DNA of 62,314 nucleotides, filler included, from Squatina squatina (Eukaryota), in the NCBI GenBank assembly GCA_031763465.1. It is 3 parts of 3 records of this genome, joined end to end, with 100 filler letters (N's around TTAATTAATTAA, not from the genome) between each part and the next. Parts side by side here need not be neighbours in the genome. Positions count along the whole stretch, not along the records: positions 43,384 to 62,314 come from JARFOE010000073.1; 2 more parts are not named here. One strand, given 5' to 3'. Under the pieces are notes generated by a model. That model was not told where the DNA came from. It was given only the letters and a program-made list of their open reading frames with translations, and did no database searches. A program made the position numbers and the translations under genes. The first letter of the stretch is position 1. Each line of letters begins with the position of its first letter. Shown here piece after piece: positions 61,045 through 62,314 of the stretch.

Positions 61045-62089
61045 NNNNNNNNNNNNNNNNNNNNNNNNNNNNNNNNNNNNNNNNNNNNNNNNNNNNNNNN
61101 NNNNNNNNNNNNNNNNNNNNNNNNNNNNNNNNNNNNNNNNNNNNATGGTGCGTACAGTGCAACTTGTTTGCTGGTATGGGAATCGGTTAACTCCTTGAGT
61201 GTCCCTTCCATTGTGAAATGTAACAGCCATTTGCAATGAGGATGACAATTTAAGAACCTCTAGCTGTTGAAATGGTATTTCAGTCCCGCTTCTACCCCAC
61301 CAAGACTGGATAAAGTTGATCGAGGGGGGTTGTGTGTGTGTACTGTCCAATATGAGGTGACTGATCTACATGCTTTGGTCTCCACAGGAAACGTTGGTGG
61401 ATTTTGCCCGAACGCCCACTGATATCTGGGCCTTGTGGCAGGATGAGGATAACCAGGCAAACGTTAGATACATCAACTTTGAGCAGTAAGTTCTCAGACT
61501 GCCGGAACACAAAGTGTCAGAAAAGTTTTCACCCGATTCCTTGGAAAAGATGGACTTTCTGGCAAAAAACTGGAACTTGGAAATTTCCCATTTCCATTGT
61601 TGATGCTGATCCTAAGGTGTCCACTAATAACCGCTCCTACAAGAGAGGAAAAGTGTAGTCAAAGACTGGTATTTTGTGCCCCATAGGCTTCAAAACCGAC
61701 CAGTGGTTGCATGTTTCTGCCTGAAATCATGCACTGTTGTGCTCCAATGACTTGGAGGTGGGGGAGGGGAGTGAGCCAGACACCAGCATTGCGGTAGAAT
61801 ACGTGTTGGACTAAATTCCCAGTGCCGTTACCAGTGACTGCTGAAAGACTGGTGGGTTAAGAGGAAGGAATGCTGCTCTGCCTGCTATGAGCAGAGCACC
61901 CACTGTCTCATTCGGAATACTCGTGAGGTGCGTAGAGAAAAAAACACGAGGTAGATAGCCAAATAAGCTTGAAATCAAGAACATGACATGGGGCAGATAT
62001 GGAAGAATGGCCACTAGATCCACTGTTAACCAACGATGAGCTAACGAAAGGCAGGAGTTGAGGTGGGTGAATGATTGGAAAAAATTCTG

Positions 62090-62314
62090 GGGGCAGGATG
62101 AATCTTCATTTAGACACGGATTAATCAAGGTCAGTCAGCATAGATTTGTTAAGGGAAGGTCATGTCTGACTAACGGTTTAATTTTTTTGAGGAGGTAACA
62201 AAGAGAGTCGATGAGGGTAGTGTGTTTGATGTAGTCCATATGGATTTTAGCAAGGCTTTTGATAAGGTCCCACATGGCAGACTTGTCACGAAAGTAAAAG
62301 CCCATGGGATCCAA
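62090..62314 (+). mobile_element. CR1 LINE RT fragment running off the window end
   Basis: SQHRFVKGRSCLTN..FFEEVTKRVDEGSVFDVVHMDFSKAFDKVPHGRLVTKVKAHGI. Confidence 0.92.

Overview
This is vertebrate nuclear DNA, very probably from a cartilaginous fish (shark), judged from the CR1/L2 LINE and DeuSINE-type repeat content; the taxon is an inference. It is not one contiguous locus but a draft pseudo-molecule of about 50 short contigs, mostly joined by 100-N gaps. Two artificial N44-TTAATTAATTAA-N44 linkers split it into three segments. Segment 1 (1-19902) has two exons of an MFSD14A/HIAT1-like gene, a probable PGPEP1 first exon with its promoter, most of the large CILP2 exon and MAU2 exon 1; the last three are human 19p13.11 neighbours. 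It also holds a 5.8-kb 20-bp satellite. Segment 2 (20003-43283) has two GALT exons and many old TE fragments. Segment 3 (43384-62314) has a PDHX exon and the first TP53I11 coding exon (both human 11p), a complete hAT MITE with an 8-bp TSD, a decayed hAT-Charlie transposase and a TC-rich repeat. I found no convincing new multi-gene system. The best leads are a CCG instead of CAG at the expected MFSD14 acceptor, an overlapping uORF whose stop overlaps TP53I11 Met10 (TAATG), a MITE carrying tandem NRF1 motifs, a possible extra MFSD14 ohnolog, and mosaic higher-order structure in the satellite. Gene and repeat-family identities are recalled from known sequences, not from database searches, and TE boundaries are approximate.
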